From positions 4,366-68,365 of the IMG/VR virus record IMGVR_UViG_3300047557_002560: a DNA stretch of 64,000 nucleotides, one strand, 5' to 3'. The stretch's first letter is position 1; the number at the start of each line of letters is the position of its first letter. The notes beneath the pieces are model-generated. The model saw only the letters and a list, made by a program, of their open reading frames with translations, was not told where the DNA came from and did no database searches. Below are positions 36,194-43,809 of this stretch, one piece after another. The DNA is from a virus. Made by a program: the position numbers and the translations under genes.

Positions 36194-36224
36194 TTGCCAG
36201 CAATGTTTATAGTTGGTATCTTTA
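36194..36224 (+). promoter_or_regulatory. -33/-7 promoter
   Basis: TTG-N20-TATCTTTA. Confidence 0.8.
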
Positions 36225-36247
36225 GGCCATAATCAAAAATCAAAGTT

Positions 36248-36472
36248 ATGTCAAACATTTATGAAACGCTTTACGAACAAAACGAGCGAAAACTAACTGA
36301 AGCTGTAAAACAGCTTGGCTCTTATGATGCATTGCTTTATTATGCTGTGCAAGCTTTAGAAGGAAGAACAGCTAACTCTCCTGGTGAGGTTGCTTTGATT
36401 CTTCGTAAAAGAAATGAAGAACTTAGAAATGACCAAGACACTTTAATCTTTAACCGTAACCAAAAAGTTTAA
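36248..36472 (+). CDS. early hypothetical protein
   Basis: AAAAATCAAAGTT-ATG leader. Confidence 0.75.
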   Translation: MSNIYETLYEQNERKLTEAVKQLGSYDALLYYAVQALEGRTANSPGEVALILRKRNEELRNDQDTLIFNRNQKV

Positions 36473-36474
36473 TC

Positions 36475-36666
36475 ATGGAAACAAGACACATTTATTCAGC
36501 CCCTGAAAGAGAACTTACACTGCAGGAGTGGTGTGAGGAATTTAGAGTAGGAACTAACCTTCCCACTCCTATTTGCGACAATGCAAAGGATATGATGAAG
36601 ACTTGGACTGTAGTTGAGGAGAAACCAAAATTCAATTTATTAAACTTCTTTTTTAATTTTTTATGA
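36475..36666 (+). CDS. hypothetical protein
   Basis: packed ORF. Confidence 0.65.
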   Translation: METRHIYSAPERELTLQEWCEEFRVGTNLPTPICDNAKDMMKTWTVVEEKPKFNLLNFFFNFL

Positions 36667-36863
36667 AATACACAATCGATAACAAAGCAGAGTATGTAAC
36701 AAAGATATTCACAATCTTAGATGAAAACGAAAATGAATACTTTGTAAGGTTTATGGAAGACTTATCTTATACAGCTGTAGAAGTAGAATCTGATGAAGAT
36801 GGTTTGTTAGGAGAAGACGACCCAAGGTATAAAGAGCTTGTAACTCTTTGTGAAGAAAAATAA
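36663..36863 (+). CDS. hypothetical acidic protein
   Basis: coupled ORF. Confidence 0.65.
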   Translation: MKYTIDNKAEYVTKIFTILDENENEYFVRFMEDLSYTAVEVESDEDGLLGEDDPRYKELVTLCEEK

Positions 36864-36880
36864 AAAAATGGTCCCAACTG

Positions 36881-36911
36881 TTGCTTGGGACCAATTTTGT
36901 TCGTACCTTTA
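36881..36911 (+). promoter_or_regulatory. -33/-7 promoter with dyad
   Basis: TTG-N20-TACCTTTA; GGTCCCAA-CTGTTGC-TTGGGACC 36870-36892. Confidence 0.8.
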
Positions 36912-36935
36912 GGCCATAACAAAAAAATCAAAGTT

Positions 36936-37238
36936 ATGAAAATCACAAGACAAGAAGCTAAGTCAATGATTGACAAGCTAGACAACGGTACTATCTATTC
37001 AGTTACTTTCGTTAAGAAGGACGGAAGTGTTAGGTTAATGAATTCAATTAAAGGAACAAGAAGAGGAGTAAAAGGAGTAGGATTAAAGTTTGATGCTGAA
37101 GAGAGAGGTCTTATTCCTGTGTATGACATTCAGCTAGCTAAGAAGGACCCTCAGAATCCTGACAAGGCTTGGAGAATGGTGAATGTGAATACTTTAACTG
37201 AGGTGTGTGTGAATAAAGAAAGATTTGAAGTAATTTAA
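36936..37238 (+). CDS. WYL-like/SH3-fold small phage protein
   Basis: IYSVTFVKKDGSVRLMN...VYD...WRMVN. Confidence 0.65.
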   Translation: MKITRQEAKSMIDKLDNGTIYSVTFVKKDGSVRLMNSIKGTRRGVKGVGLKFDAEERGLIPVYDIQLAKKDPQNPDKAWRMVNVNTLTEVCVNKERFEVI

Positions 37239-37245
37239 AAAAAAG

Positions 37246-37276
37246 TTGGTCCCAATGTAAAAAGTTGGGACCTTTA
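37246..37276 (+). promoter_or_regulatory. promoter/hairpin cassette element
   Basis: TTG-N20-GACCTTTA; GGTCCCAA/TTGGGACC. Confidence 0.7.
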
Positions 37277-37298
37277 CTAAAATTTAAAAATCAAAGTT

Positions 37299-37439
37299 AT
37301 GAAACGTTTAATAGTATTATTAGTACTTGTATTATTTGTAAGTAGCTGTTATACAGTAACACGTGTCGGTAATTGTAAATATTATACACCTAAAAATTTA
37401 AGTAGTAGGGGTAAACCAAATGCTCCAATAGCGTTTTAA
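37299..37439 (+). CDS. 46-aa early lipoprotein (not in ORF track)
   Basis: MKRLIVLLVLVLFVSSC lipobox; AAAAATCAAAGTT-ATG leader. Confidence 0.75.
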   Translation: MKRLIVLLVLVLFVSSCYTVTRVGNCKYYTPKNLSSRGKPNAPIAF

Positions 37440-37480
37440 GGACATTTTCTTATTTTTAATCTAAACCAAAAATCAAAGTT

Positions 37481-37783
37481 ATGCCAAACAATCTAACAAA
37501 AGCTTTTAAAGCATTACGCAAGGAAGGTTATTTCGCTCGTCAGAATTTTATGTGTTGTCAGAGTTGCGGATGGTCAGCAGTACCGGACGGAAAGGATGAA
37601 AAGGTAGTTTTCTATCACAGCCAAGACGCATCACGAATGAGAGCAGGTGATGATTTTCATTTAGCCTGGTCAGGTGACGGTAATGAGATTTGCAGAATCT
37701 TGAATGAGAACGGAGTGGATACAATGTGGGATGGTTCTAACTCTACAAGAATTACTGTAACGTCTTGGGAAAAATATTTGTAA
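37481..37783 (+). CDS. DUF6891-like hypothetical protein
   Basis: LTKAFKALRKEGYFARQNFMCCQSCG. Confidence 0.65.
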   Translation: MPNNLTKAFKALRKEGYFARQNFMCCQSCGWSAVPDGKDEKVVFYHSQDASRMRAGDDFHLAWSGDGNEICRILNENGVDTMWDGSNSTRITVTSWEKYL

Positions 37784-37789
37784 TAAAAG

Positions 37790-37820
37790 TTGGTACTAAT
37801 GTAAAAAGTTGGTACCTTTA
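37790..37820 (+). promoter_or_regulatory. promoter/hairpin cassette element
   Basis: TTG-N20-TACCTTTA; GGTACTAA/TTGGTACC. Confidence 0.75.
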
Positions 37821-37843
37821 CTTTCTAAACAAAAATAAAAGTT

Positions 37844-38116
37844 ATGCACGAAGAAAAAAACACTCCAGAGTACATTGAGTACTTAGAAAAGAATGCTTAT
37901 CAGAGAGCGGCACTAATGGCACTTCTAGTTAAGCTTATGACTGAGCAGGATGATACTTACACTCTCCGCAATGTCAAAATTTGTATTACTAATTTCTTTA
38001 GTAAGCTTATTGACGAACAGAATTTAGTTTACGACTTAATTGAAAAACATGCTTTTGGAGAGGTAATAACTTTTGCAGAGCAAGAGCACCTCTTAGAAAT
38101 GTTTAAAGAAATTTAG
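37844..38116 (+). CDS. early hypothetical protein
   Basis: AAAAGTT-ATG leader. Confidence 0.7.
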   Translation: MHEEKNTPEYIEYLEKNAYQRAALMALLVKLMTEQDDTYTLRNVKICITNFFSKLIDEQNLVYDLIEKHAFGEVITFAEQEHLLEMFKEI

Positions 38117-38125
38117 AAAAAAAAG

Positions 38126-38156
38126 TTGGTCCCAATGTAAAAAGTTGGGACCTTTA
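38126..38156 (+). promoter_or_regulatory. promoter/hairpin cassette element
   Basis: TTG-N20-GACCTTTA; GGTCCCAA/TTGGGACC. Confidence 0.7.
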
Positions 38157-38194
38157 CAAAGTCAATTATTTTTTAACCATAAAACCTAAAGGTT

Positions 38195-38596
38195 ATGTCT
38201 AGATCAACACAAGCAGAGCAAACAATGTTAAATGCTCTAACAGCTCTTAAGCAAACTTACACCACCACTGCATTCAGAGATTGGAATGCAAGAGAGTTTG
38301 TAACTAAAATGAAAATTGGTGGTCAGCTTCCAACAGTACTCAAAAGAATGAAACTAATTGAGACTGTACCAGGAAGAATAAGGTTAAACGAAAGTATCAT
38401 GACAGTCAGACCAAGAACAGTTCTGAATGCTATGAACAAGTATGCTATTGACCTTAAAACGTCTAGAACCAAAGTTCAAGCACCTACAGTAACTGCTGTA
38501 AAGCAAGAACAAGAAAGTTTTGATGAGATTGTAATTATGCTAGAAAAGAAAATAAAAGAGAAGGTTCTGAGAGAACTTCTAGCTAAACTGAGTTGA
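38195..38596 (+). CDS. early hypothetical protein (possible winged helix + coiled coil)
   Basis: ORF with conserved leader. Confidence 0.7.
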   Translation: MSRSTQAEQTMLNALTALKQTYTTTAFRDWNAREFVTKMKIGGQLPTVLKRMKLIETVPGRIRLNESIMTVRPRTVLNAMNKYAIDLKTSRTKVQAPTVTAVKQEQESFDEIVIMLEKKIKEKVLRELLAKLS

Positions 38597-38617
38597 TTTT
38601 GTGCTTAACTATGGTTT

Positions 38618-38648
38618 ACCCTGAGATTAATTTCTCAGGGTTTTTTTT
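38618..38648 (+). terminator. intrinsic terminator
   Basis: ACCCTGAGA-TTAATT-TCTCAGGGT + T run. Confidence 0.85.
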
Positions 38649-38658
38649 ATGTTAAAAG

Positions 38659-38689
38659 TTGGGTACTATGTATTTTGTTTGTACCTTTA
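38659..38689 (+). promoter_or_regulatory. -33/-7 promoter of sRNA copy 2
   Basis: TTG-N20-TACCTTTA. Confidence 0.8.
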
Positions 38690-38690
38690 G

Positions 38691-38765
38691 GCTGTCATCA
38701 GGACAGGCGCCCGAAGGAAAGGGTGGAGGGATCGGAGGTAGGCTGTTCCGTCCGTCATATACTAG
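38691..38765 (+). ncRNA. putative small RNA, copy 2
   Basis: motif GGAGGGATCGGAGGTAGGCTGTTCC (38725-38749); lies between a terminator and the next promoter; no ORF. Confidence 0.7.
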
Positions 38766-38797
38766 AAAAAAATATATAAAAATTTTGTTTGGTACTG

Positions 38798-38828
38798 TTG
38801 CCTAGAATGTTAAAGGTTAGTATCTTTA
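38798..38828 (+). promoter_or_regulatory. -33/-7 promoter
   Basis: TTG-N20-TATCTTTA. Confidence 0.8.
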
Positions 38829-38852
38829 GGCCATAACAAAAAAATCAAAGTT

Positions 38853-39665
38853 ATGACAAACAACAACACTCTCGAGATGGTAACTCTAACAGAAGAGCAA
38901 ATCCGTCAAGCAGCTCCTCAGGTATATGCTGCTACACCAAAGCCTGGAGTTTCTCAGAAGTACACGTTCTTGCCTACAAGCCGTATCATTGAGGATATGG
39001 ATAAGCTTGGATGGAAGGTAACTCAAGCTAAGGCTAACCGTTACAGGAATGCTGACAATGCTGAGTTCGGTAACCACATTGTTCGTTTCTATCACCCAGA
39101 CATTTTCCTTAAGAACTCTGAAGGTGGTATCGAAGCTTACATCAATGTAGTTGTAATGAACAACCACACCGGTCGTGGAAGCTTTAGATTCGAGATTGGT
39201 ATCTTCCGTTTAGTTTGTAGCAATGGACTTGTGATAAAGGATAAGGACTTTGGTAGCTTCCAACTTCGTCACTCTGGCTACTCTTTCGAAGAGTTGCAGG
39301 GAACTATGCAGACTGCAGTTGACCGCTTACCTGACCTTGTAGGTAGAATCAACATTCTCTCTCAGAAGATTATGACAAAGGAAGAGCAGTTCGATTTCGC
39401 TCAGAAGGCTTTTCAGTTGAGGTCTGCACCTGAGAGATTACTTTCACAAGAGGACTTACAGGATATGTTGACTCCAAGAAGGAAGGAAGACGAAGGCGAT
39501 TCTCTTTGGACAGTGTTCAATAGAATCCAAGAGGGAGTAATGAGAGGAGGCTTCATGGCAGTAGGTAGCAAGGGAAAGCTAAGGAAGGTGAAAGGGATTA
39601 GAAACATTCAGAAGGATATTCAATTGAACCAGTCGATGTGGGAAATGGCTATGTCGTACGCATAG
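38853..39665 (+). CDS. DUF932-family protein
   Basis: SQKYTFLPT, MNNHTGRGSFRFEIGIFRLVCSNGLV, SLWTVFNRIQE. Confidence 0.85.
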   Translation: MTNNNTLEMVTLTEEQIRQAAPQVYAATPKPGVSQKYTFLPTSRIIEDMDKLGWKVTQAKANRYRNADNAEFGNHIVRFYHPDIFLKNSEGGIEAYINVVVMNNHTGRGSFRFEIGIFRLVCSNGLVIKDKDFGSFQLRHSGYSFEELQGTMQTAVDRLPDLVGRINILSQKIMTKEEQFDFAQKAFQLRSAPERLLSQEDLQDMLTPRRKEDEGDSLWTVFNRIQEGVMRGGFMAVGSKGKLRKVKGIRNIQKDIQLNQSMWEMAMSYA

Positions 39666-39686
39666 CTTTGATTGGTTACTAAGTAC

Positions 39687-39715
39687 GAAGGCTTCCGAGA
39701 GGAGGCCTTCCCTTT
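39687..39715 (+). terminator. intrinsic terminator (GNRA loop)
   Basis: GAAGGCTTCC-GAGA-GGAGGCCTTC. Confidence 0.7.
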
Positions 39716-39721
39716 GTGTAC

Positions 39722-39795
39722 ACCTCTAATAAGATAGGAACAACGTACCTCTGATCCCTCCGGTGTCTGTGCCCGCCCTTTCCATAATTGGATAG
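39722..39795 (-). ncRNA. putative small RNA, copy 3
   Basis: own promoter 39798-39828; motif GGAGGGATCAGAGGTACGTTGTTCC (39737-39761). Confidence 0.7.
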
Positions 39796-39797
39796 CC

Positions 39798-39828
39798 TAA
39801 AGGTACGAACTAATTTCCGAAATGGCAA
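39798..39828 (-). promoter_or_regulatory. -33/-7 promoter of sRNA copy 3
   Basis: TTG-N20-TACCTTTA. Confidence 0.8.
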
Positions 39829-39872
39829 CAGTTGGGTCCGGAAAAATAAAAAAAATATTTTTTGTTAAACCG

Positions 39873-39903
39873 TTGCCTGGAATGTTAAAAGTTGGTATCT
39901 TTA
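39873..39903 (+). promoter_or_regulatory. -33/-7 promoter (divergent from sRNA 3)
   Basis: TTG-N20-TATCTTTA. Confidence 0.8.
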
Positions 39904-39941
39904 GGCTGTTAACAAATTAATCGAAACCAAAAATCAAAGTT

Positions 39942-40280
39942 ATGACAAAGCAAGAATTAATCGCACAGTTGGAAGGACCAGCTACAGTAGAATTTACTTT
40001 CATGCCTGTATCGAAAGTAATCGAATTATTGAATGAGCTAGAGGAGACTTCTTCAGTTCCTTCTTTAAGCGATGAAGACATTAGAGACTTAGCTTCAGCA
40101 ATTACTGAAAGTCTAGAAAGTGAAGGATTGGATTTAATTTCAGATTATGATTTGAGTATGAGTTACAGAGAGGTTGAACTTGATAGTGTTACTTTAGATT
40201 CAAATCAAATTGAGAAAGAAGTGAAGAATGCTTTAAAAGACTTCTTTACTTCTAAGGCTGAAGAATCTCTAACAATGTAA
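39942..40280 (+). CDS. early hypothetical acidic protein
   Basis: AAAAATCAAAGTT-ATG leader. Confidence 0.75.
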   Translation: MTKQELIAQLEGPATVEFTFMPVSKVIELLNELEETSSVPSLSDEDIRDLASAITESLESEGLDLISDYDLSMSYREVELDSVTLDSNQIEKEVKNALKDFFTSKAEESLTM

Positions 40281-40287
40281 AAAAAAG

Positions 40288-40318
40288 TTGGTCCCAGTCT
40301 AAAAAGCTGGGACCTTCA
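40288..40318 (+). promoter_or_regulatory. promoter/hairpin cassette element
   Basis: TTG-N20-GACCTTCA; GGTCCCAG/CTGGGACC. Confidence 0.7.
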
Positions 40319-40331
40319 CTAAACTTAATTT

Positions 40332-40610
40332 ATGGAAGCGAATAAAACAATAGGATGGGAAGTATGCTTCAGTGGATACTCAACATTCAAGGTACAAGAG
40401 TATAGTGACTATATCCTTGTAGAGGTAACAAGGAGTTGGGATGATATGATGTTTGATGAGGAGCACTTCGATGTGGTAGTAGAGTTCGAGTATGGAAAGG
40501 AGAAGGACCCTCTAGTGTATGTACACGAAGCCCAAGCAGTCCTCAAGCCTGAAGAGACAGATATGATTAATATGTTCATAAGAGACTATCTAAACAAGAG
40601 TGTGTTGTAA
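40332..40610 (+). CDS. hypothetical acidic protein
   Basis: ORF after cassette element. Confidence 0.7.
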   Translation: MEANKTIGWEVCFSGYSTFKVQEYSDYILVEVTRSWDDMMFDEEHFDVVVEFEYGKEKDPLVYVHEAQAVLKPEETDMINMFIRDYLNKSVL

Positions 40611-40636
40611 TATAGGTTTAGTCTGTTAATTAAAAC

Positions 40637-40665
40637 GGAGAGTCTTTCTAGGCTCTCCTCTTTTA
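40637..40665 (+). terminator. intrinsic terminator
   Basis: GGAGAGTC-TTTCTA-GGCTCTCC + TCTTTT. Confidence 0.7.
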
Positions 40666-40700
40666 AATTTAGTATCTTTAAAACCTAAACAATATAAGTT

Positions 40701-41111
40701 ATGAAGAAAGTACACAAAGCAATGGCTGAAGCAATGGTGGAGGCCTTTCAAGTAAACCTAGAAGAAGCTTGGAGAGCTGTAGAGAGCTTCCCTGTAGACC
40801 TGGAGAGAGACGAACAGGTGGTCCCTCACTTCAAGCAACTATGTGAGACTCAAGAACCATTCCTCGGTCACAGAATCAAACAAGTCATCACAGCACCCAA
40901 GAAGCTTACAAGATGGAAGCTACAAGGAGAGAAGAGGGAACGCAAGATGAGAATCAAGACATTCCTAAAAGAATACCCACAAGGCACATTCTTTATAGTA
41001 GTACGCAGCCATGCACTCACTATATCAGACTCAAGAGTGTGGGACCCTAGTCCTAAAGGCATAACAGAGAAGTATGTAGTCAAGTACGCTCTCCTATTAG
41101 AAAAACTATGA
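40701..41111 (+). CDS. hypothetical protein
   Basis: AAGTT-ATG leader. Confidence 0.7.
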   Translation: MKKVHKAMAEAMVEAFQVNLEEAWRAVESFPVDLERDEQVVPHFKQLCETQEPFLGHRIKQVITAPKKLTRWKLQGEKRERKMRIKTFLKEYPQGTFFIVVRSHALTISDSRVWDPSPKGITEKYVVKYALLLEKL

Positions 41112-41120
41112 CACACACAG

Positions 41121-41243
41121 CACCAAGCAGCATCACCGCGACCTCACTTGAGAGCAGCATGGTCTCACATGAGCGCACTATAACCCCAACGTGGTTTCAG
41201 ATGATACCGCACTGATCCCGGGAATGCGGAACGCTGTTTGGTG
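41121..41243 (+). ncRNA. candidate structured RNA (three-way junction)
   Basis: 11-bp closing stem 41121-41131/41233-41243, stems 41135-41140/41190-41195 and 41207-41211/41225-41229; GC-rich. Confidence 0.5.
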
Positions 41244-41319
41244 TTTAATTCTCAGGTCAAATTTCACCCAACCCTAAAATATATACCAAACAATCGTTTA
41301 ATCAAATAAAAGTTATATT

Positions 41320-41508
41320 ATGTTAGTTTATGTATTCTTTCTAAGTTTTTTTATTCGTCTCACTACCAATGGTTTTGCAAAGAGTTTGTTTGGAGATAGT
41401 TATAGAAAGCACATGGCTTGTATAGTGGGTCTTGTTTTGGTAGGTATGTTTTCGGAGCTCTATCATCAAATCGTGATCAGCCCCGCGGGAAAAATTTTGC
41501 TATTCTAA
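41320..41508 (+). CDS. small membrane protein
   Basis: two hydrophobic segments. Confidence 0.45.
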   Translation: MLVYVFFLSFFIRLTTNGFAKSLFGDSYRKHMACIVGLVLVGMFSELYHQIVISPAGKILLF

Positions 41509-41523
41509 AAAAGTATATACCTT

Positions 41524-42039
41524 ATGCCAGACTTAAAGAGAATCAGTGTAGAGGAGTCTCAGTTTTATATTCCTCTCCAGCATGGTGATATGGATATATG
41601 TAAGAAGGCTGTTGCCTTTACTTTAACCTCTTGTGAAGATCCAGGTTGGGAGGGTTGGGAGAATGTAGACTACTTCGGTGAAAGTATTTTTGATGCTTCA
41701 GGATCCGTTAGGAAACCAGAGTGGGTCTATGTGTTGGTTAATAGAAGTATGCCGGGCATTTGCAAGGTCGGAATGACTACTACCAGTGTTAGAGAGAGGG
41801 TGGCTGAAATAAATTCCGCGACGGGGGTGATTACTCCTTGGTTTCCGGTTTACTCCTACAAGTGTGTTAATGCTTACATCTTGGAACAAGAAGTGCACTC
41901 AGAACTAGAACAAAGCGGACACAGAGTGAATCCGCGGAGAGAAGGTTTTGAAGTAACTACAAATGAAGTAATCGCTCTTATTGAAAAACTCGGTTGGAAG
42001 TACCAAGCTCCGACCACAAACACAAACGACAATGAATAA
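41524..42039 (+). CDS. T5orf172-domain (GIY-YIG superfamily) protein
   Basis: WVYVLVNRSMPGICKVGMTT..V.ERVAEINSATGV...EQEVH...RREGF. Confidence 0.85.
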   Translation: MPDLKRISVEESQFYIPLQHGDMDICKKAVAFTLTSCEDPGWEGWENVDYFGESIFDASGSVRKPEWVYVLVNRSMPGICKVGMTTTSVRERVAEINSATGVITPWFPVYSYKCVNAYILEQEVHSELEQSGHRVNPRREGFEVTTNEVIALIEKLGWKYQAPTTNTNDNE

Positions 42040-42325
42040 AGTAGAATATGATGTACACCAATTTATTTGGTCAAAGGAGAATAACAGTTTCTATGCGGAT
42101 GGATGGGACTTACACACATATGGTCATCACCAGTCTTTCCCAAATGACAAGGAGCAGTTCTTCATACACAACCCCAATACAAATAACTCCAGGAGGTTCA
42201 GATTCTCCAAGCAAACTGATTCTCACTATTTATTTCTGAGTGAAGATGGCATACGTTGTGTTATCTGTATAGATCCTGATTACTATGAAAAAGAAATCCC
42301 TCAGTACCCTCAAGGAAGCTGGTGA
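42032..42325 (+). CDS. hypothetical protein
   Basis: coupled ORF. Confidence 0.6.
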   Translation: MNKVEYDVHQFIWSKENNSFYADGWDLHTYGHHQSFPNDKEQFFIHNPNTNNSRRFRFSKQTDSHYLFLSEDGIRCVICIDPDYYEKEIPQYPQGSW

Positions 42326-42326
42326 T

Positions 42327-42563
42327 ATGATTATTCAACAGCCCTATCTCCCGGATAGGAGACCTGACTTTGTTGAGCTTATAATACGCGAACTGGCTTT
42401 AATGATGAAAAAAGGTGCTTTATCACCTAAGCACTACTCCTATGCAACTGATCTAGCACATAGAATGAAAGGAATACTAAACGGTATATACGCGGGTAAA
42501 GCACACGGGCTCCGATCTGCTGTAGCTGTTGTATTAGATATGACGCGTAGAAACCTAAAGTAA
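42327..42563 (+). CDS. hypothetical protein
   Basis: coupled ORF. Confidence 0.55.
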   Translation: MIIQQPYLPDRRPDFVELIIRELALMMKKGALSPKHYSYATDLAHRMKGILNGIYAGKAHGLRSAVAVVLDMTRRNLK

Positions 42564-42572
42564 CTATTTATT
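42563..42572 (+). promoter_or_regulatory. candidate late promoter
   Basis: ACTATTTATT before ATG 42588. Confidence 0.55.
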
Positions 42573-42587
42573 AGTATCCCTTTTTCT

Positions 42588-43211
42588 ATGATTAAGATAA
42601 GAAGTTTATTAAAAGAAGATGAGTTGGATTTAGATTACAATCCACTTGCTGTATCTATACCTCAAGGTAAGTACATATTTTACTTATACACTGATTCTGG
42701 TAGAGATTTTGGATCTCATGGTAACGCAGATATTGAACTTAGAAGTGGAGATCCTAAAGTGGATGCTATTGATGTTCTAAAACGTTATGTATTAGATTTC
42801 TTAATTGATAAGATTGATTATTATGATCTGGATGATGTAGATGAAAAAGAGTTAAAAAGAGAGTTAATTGATGAAGAATATTGGTTTTCGGCAGTATACT
42901 GCGATAAGGGATTTTGGGAAGTTACTGGTGTAGAAGAGTCATTAGGACAGTTTCACGGATCTAAAAGTGAGTTTGCAGGTTTGTTCTATAAGATACTCAA
43001 AACGGAATCGCCAACAGGTGATCAAGTAGATTTGTCTGGAGACAACTTAGAAACTTATGCAGACGACATAATGATGATAGATGCATATAATTTCAATACT
43101 GTTATAGAAATATCAATAAGAGATGGGGGATTCGGAGAGTTTGTTGATTATGTTTTAGATGGAGGTGATCCTGAGAGATTTGATGTAGGTACGATCTTAA
43201 CTGAAGGTTAA
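42588..43211 (+). CDS. putative head-internal protein (DL-x-x-NP motif family)
   Basis: MIKIRSLLKE-DELDLDYNPL. Confidence 0.6.
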   Translation: MIKIRSLLKEDELDLDYNPLAVSIPQGKYIFYLYTDSGRDFGSHGNADIELRSGDPKVDAIDVLKRYVLDFLIDKIDYYDLDDVDEKELKRELIDEEYWFSAVYCDKGFWEVTGVEESLGQFHGSKSEFAGLFYKILKTESPTGDQVDLSGDNLETYADDIMMIDAYNFNTVIEISIRDGGFGEFVDYVLDGGDPERFDVGTILTEG

Positions 43212-43215
43212 TACG

Positions 43216-43809
43216 ATGATTAGCATAAGAAGTTTACTTAAAGAAGACGAATTTGATTTATCTGATAATCCATTTTCAACTAAGAAAAGGTGGACAGGTA
43301 TCAAGCGTAATCAATGTATTATGTATAACCCTGATCGAGATAATATAGACGGCTCAACTGAAGCTTTGAGAGTAGTTAATGGTTCTGCAGAGGAGGTTGC
43401 AGGTAGATATTTTGATCAAGGAGTACAAGAACAGTTAGATAAAATTAAGGATAACTATCTAAAAGATCCTTATGATTTTAATGAAGAGGACTTTTTAATT
43501 AGTTCTGAGGCTTTTGATATTACAAAACTAGATGCAGATACTTATTCTACTCGATTAATAGACATAAAAGATTCTGACCATATTAGATTATTTTTTATAG
43601 GATATAATAGTTCCTTTTTTGAAGAGATGCGTGAGAATACTCAAATGATTGATGGGGTTTTAGAATTTATGAATGAAGATCATTTTGAAGATAGTTTGCA
43701 TTGGAGACTTTATAATAGGAATAACAGGTCTAGAGAAGTAAAAACTCTACCAGACGACTTCTTTAATGAGTATTTTTTAGAGCTAAAAGATAAACTAGCT
43801 AATGGTTAA
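43216..43809 (+). CDS. putative head-internal protein (motif family)
   Basis: MISIRSLLKE-DEFDLSDNPF. Confidence 0.6.
   Translation: MISIRSLLKEDEFDLSDNPFSTKKRWTGIKRNQCIMYNPDRDNIDGSTEALRVVNGSAEEVAGRYFDQGVQEQLDKIKDNYLKDPYDFNEEDFLISSEAFDITKLDADTYSTRLIDIKDSDHIRLFFIGYNSSFFEEMRENTQMIDGVLEFMNEDHFEDSLHWRLYNRNNRSREVKTLPDDFFNEYFLELKDKLANG

Noticed and set aside
38720-38740. SAM-I riboswitch (GGTGGAGGGA)
   Set aside because: Only the kink-turn-like heptamer matches; there is no ATC/GAT P1, no GCAACC, and the other two copies lack it.
34798-40318. GGTCCCAATGTAAAAAGTTGGGACC repeats as a CRISPR array
   Set aside because: Copies are hundreds of bp apart and separated by whole genes rather than 30-40-nt spacers; they overlap promoter boxes; no cas genes apart from a solo Cas4-like nuclease 33 kb away.
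41140-41235. TPP riboswitch (TGAGA, ATACC, CTGATC..GG.AATGC resemble its consensus)
   Set aside because: The P2 5' strand (GG-rich) is missing, TGAGA and TACC are about 50 nt apart, and it is not upstream of the TPP enzyme genes.
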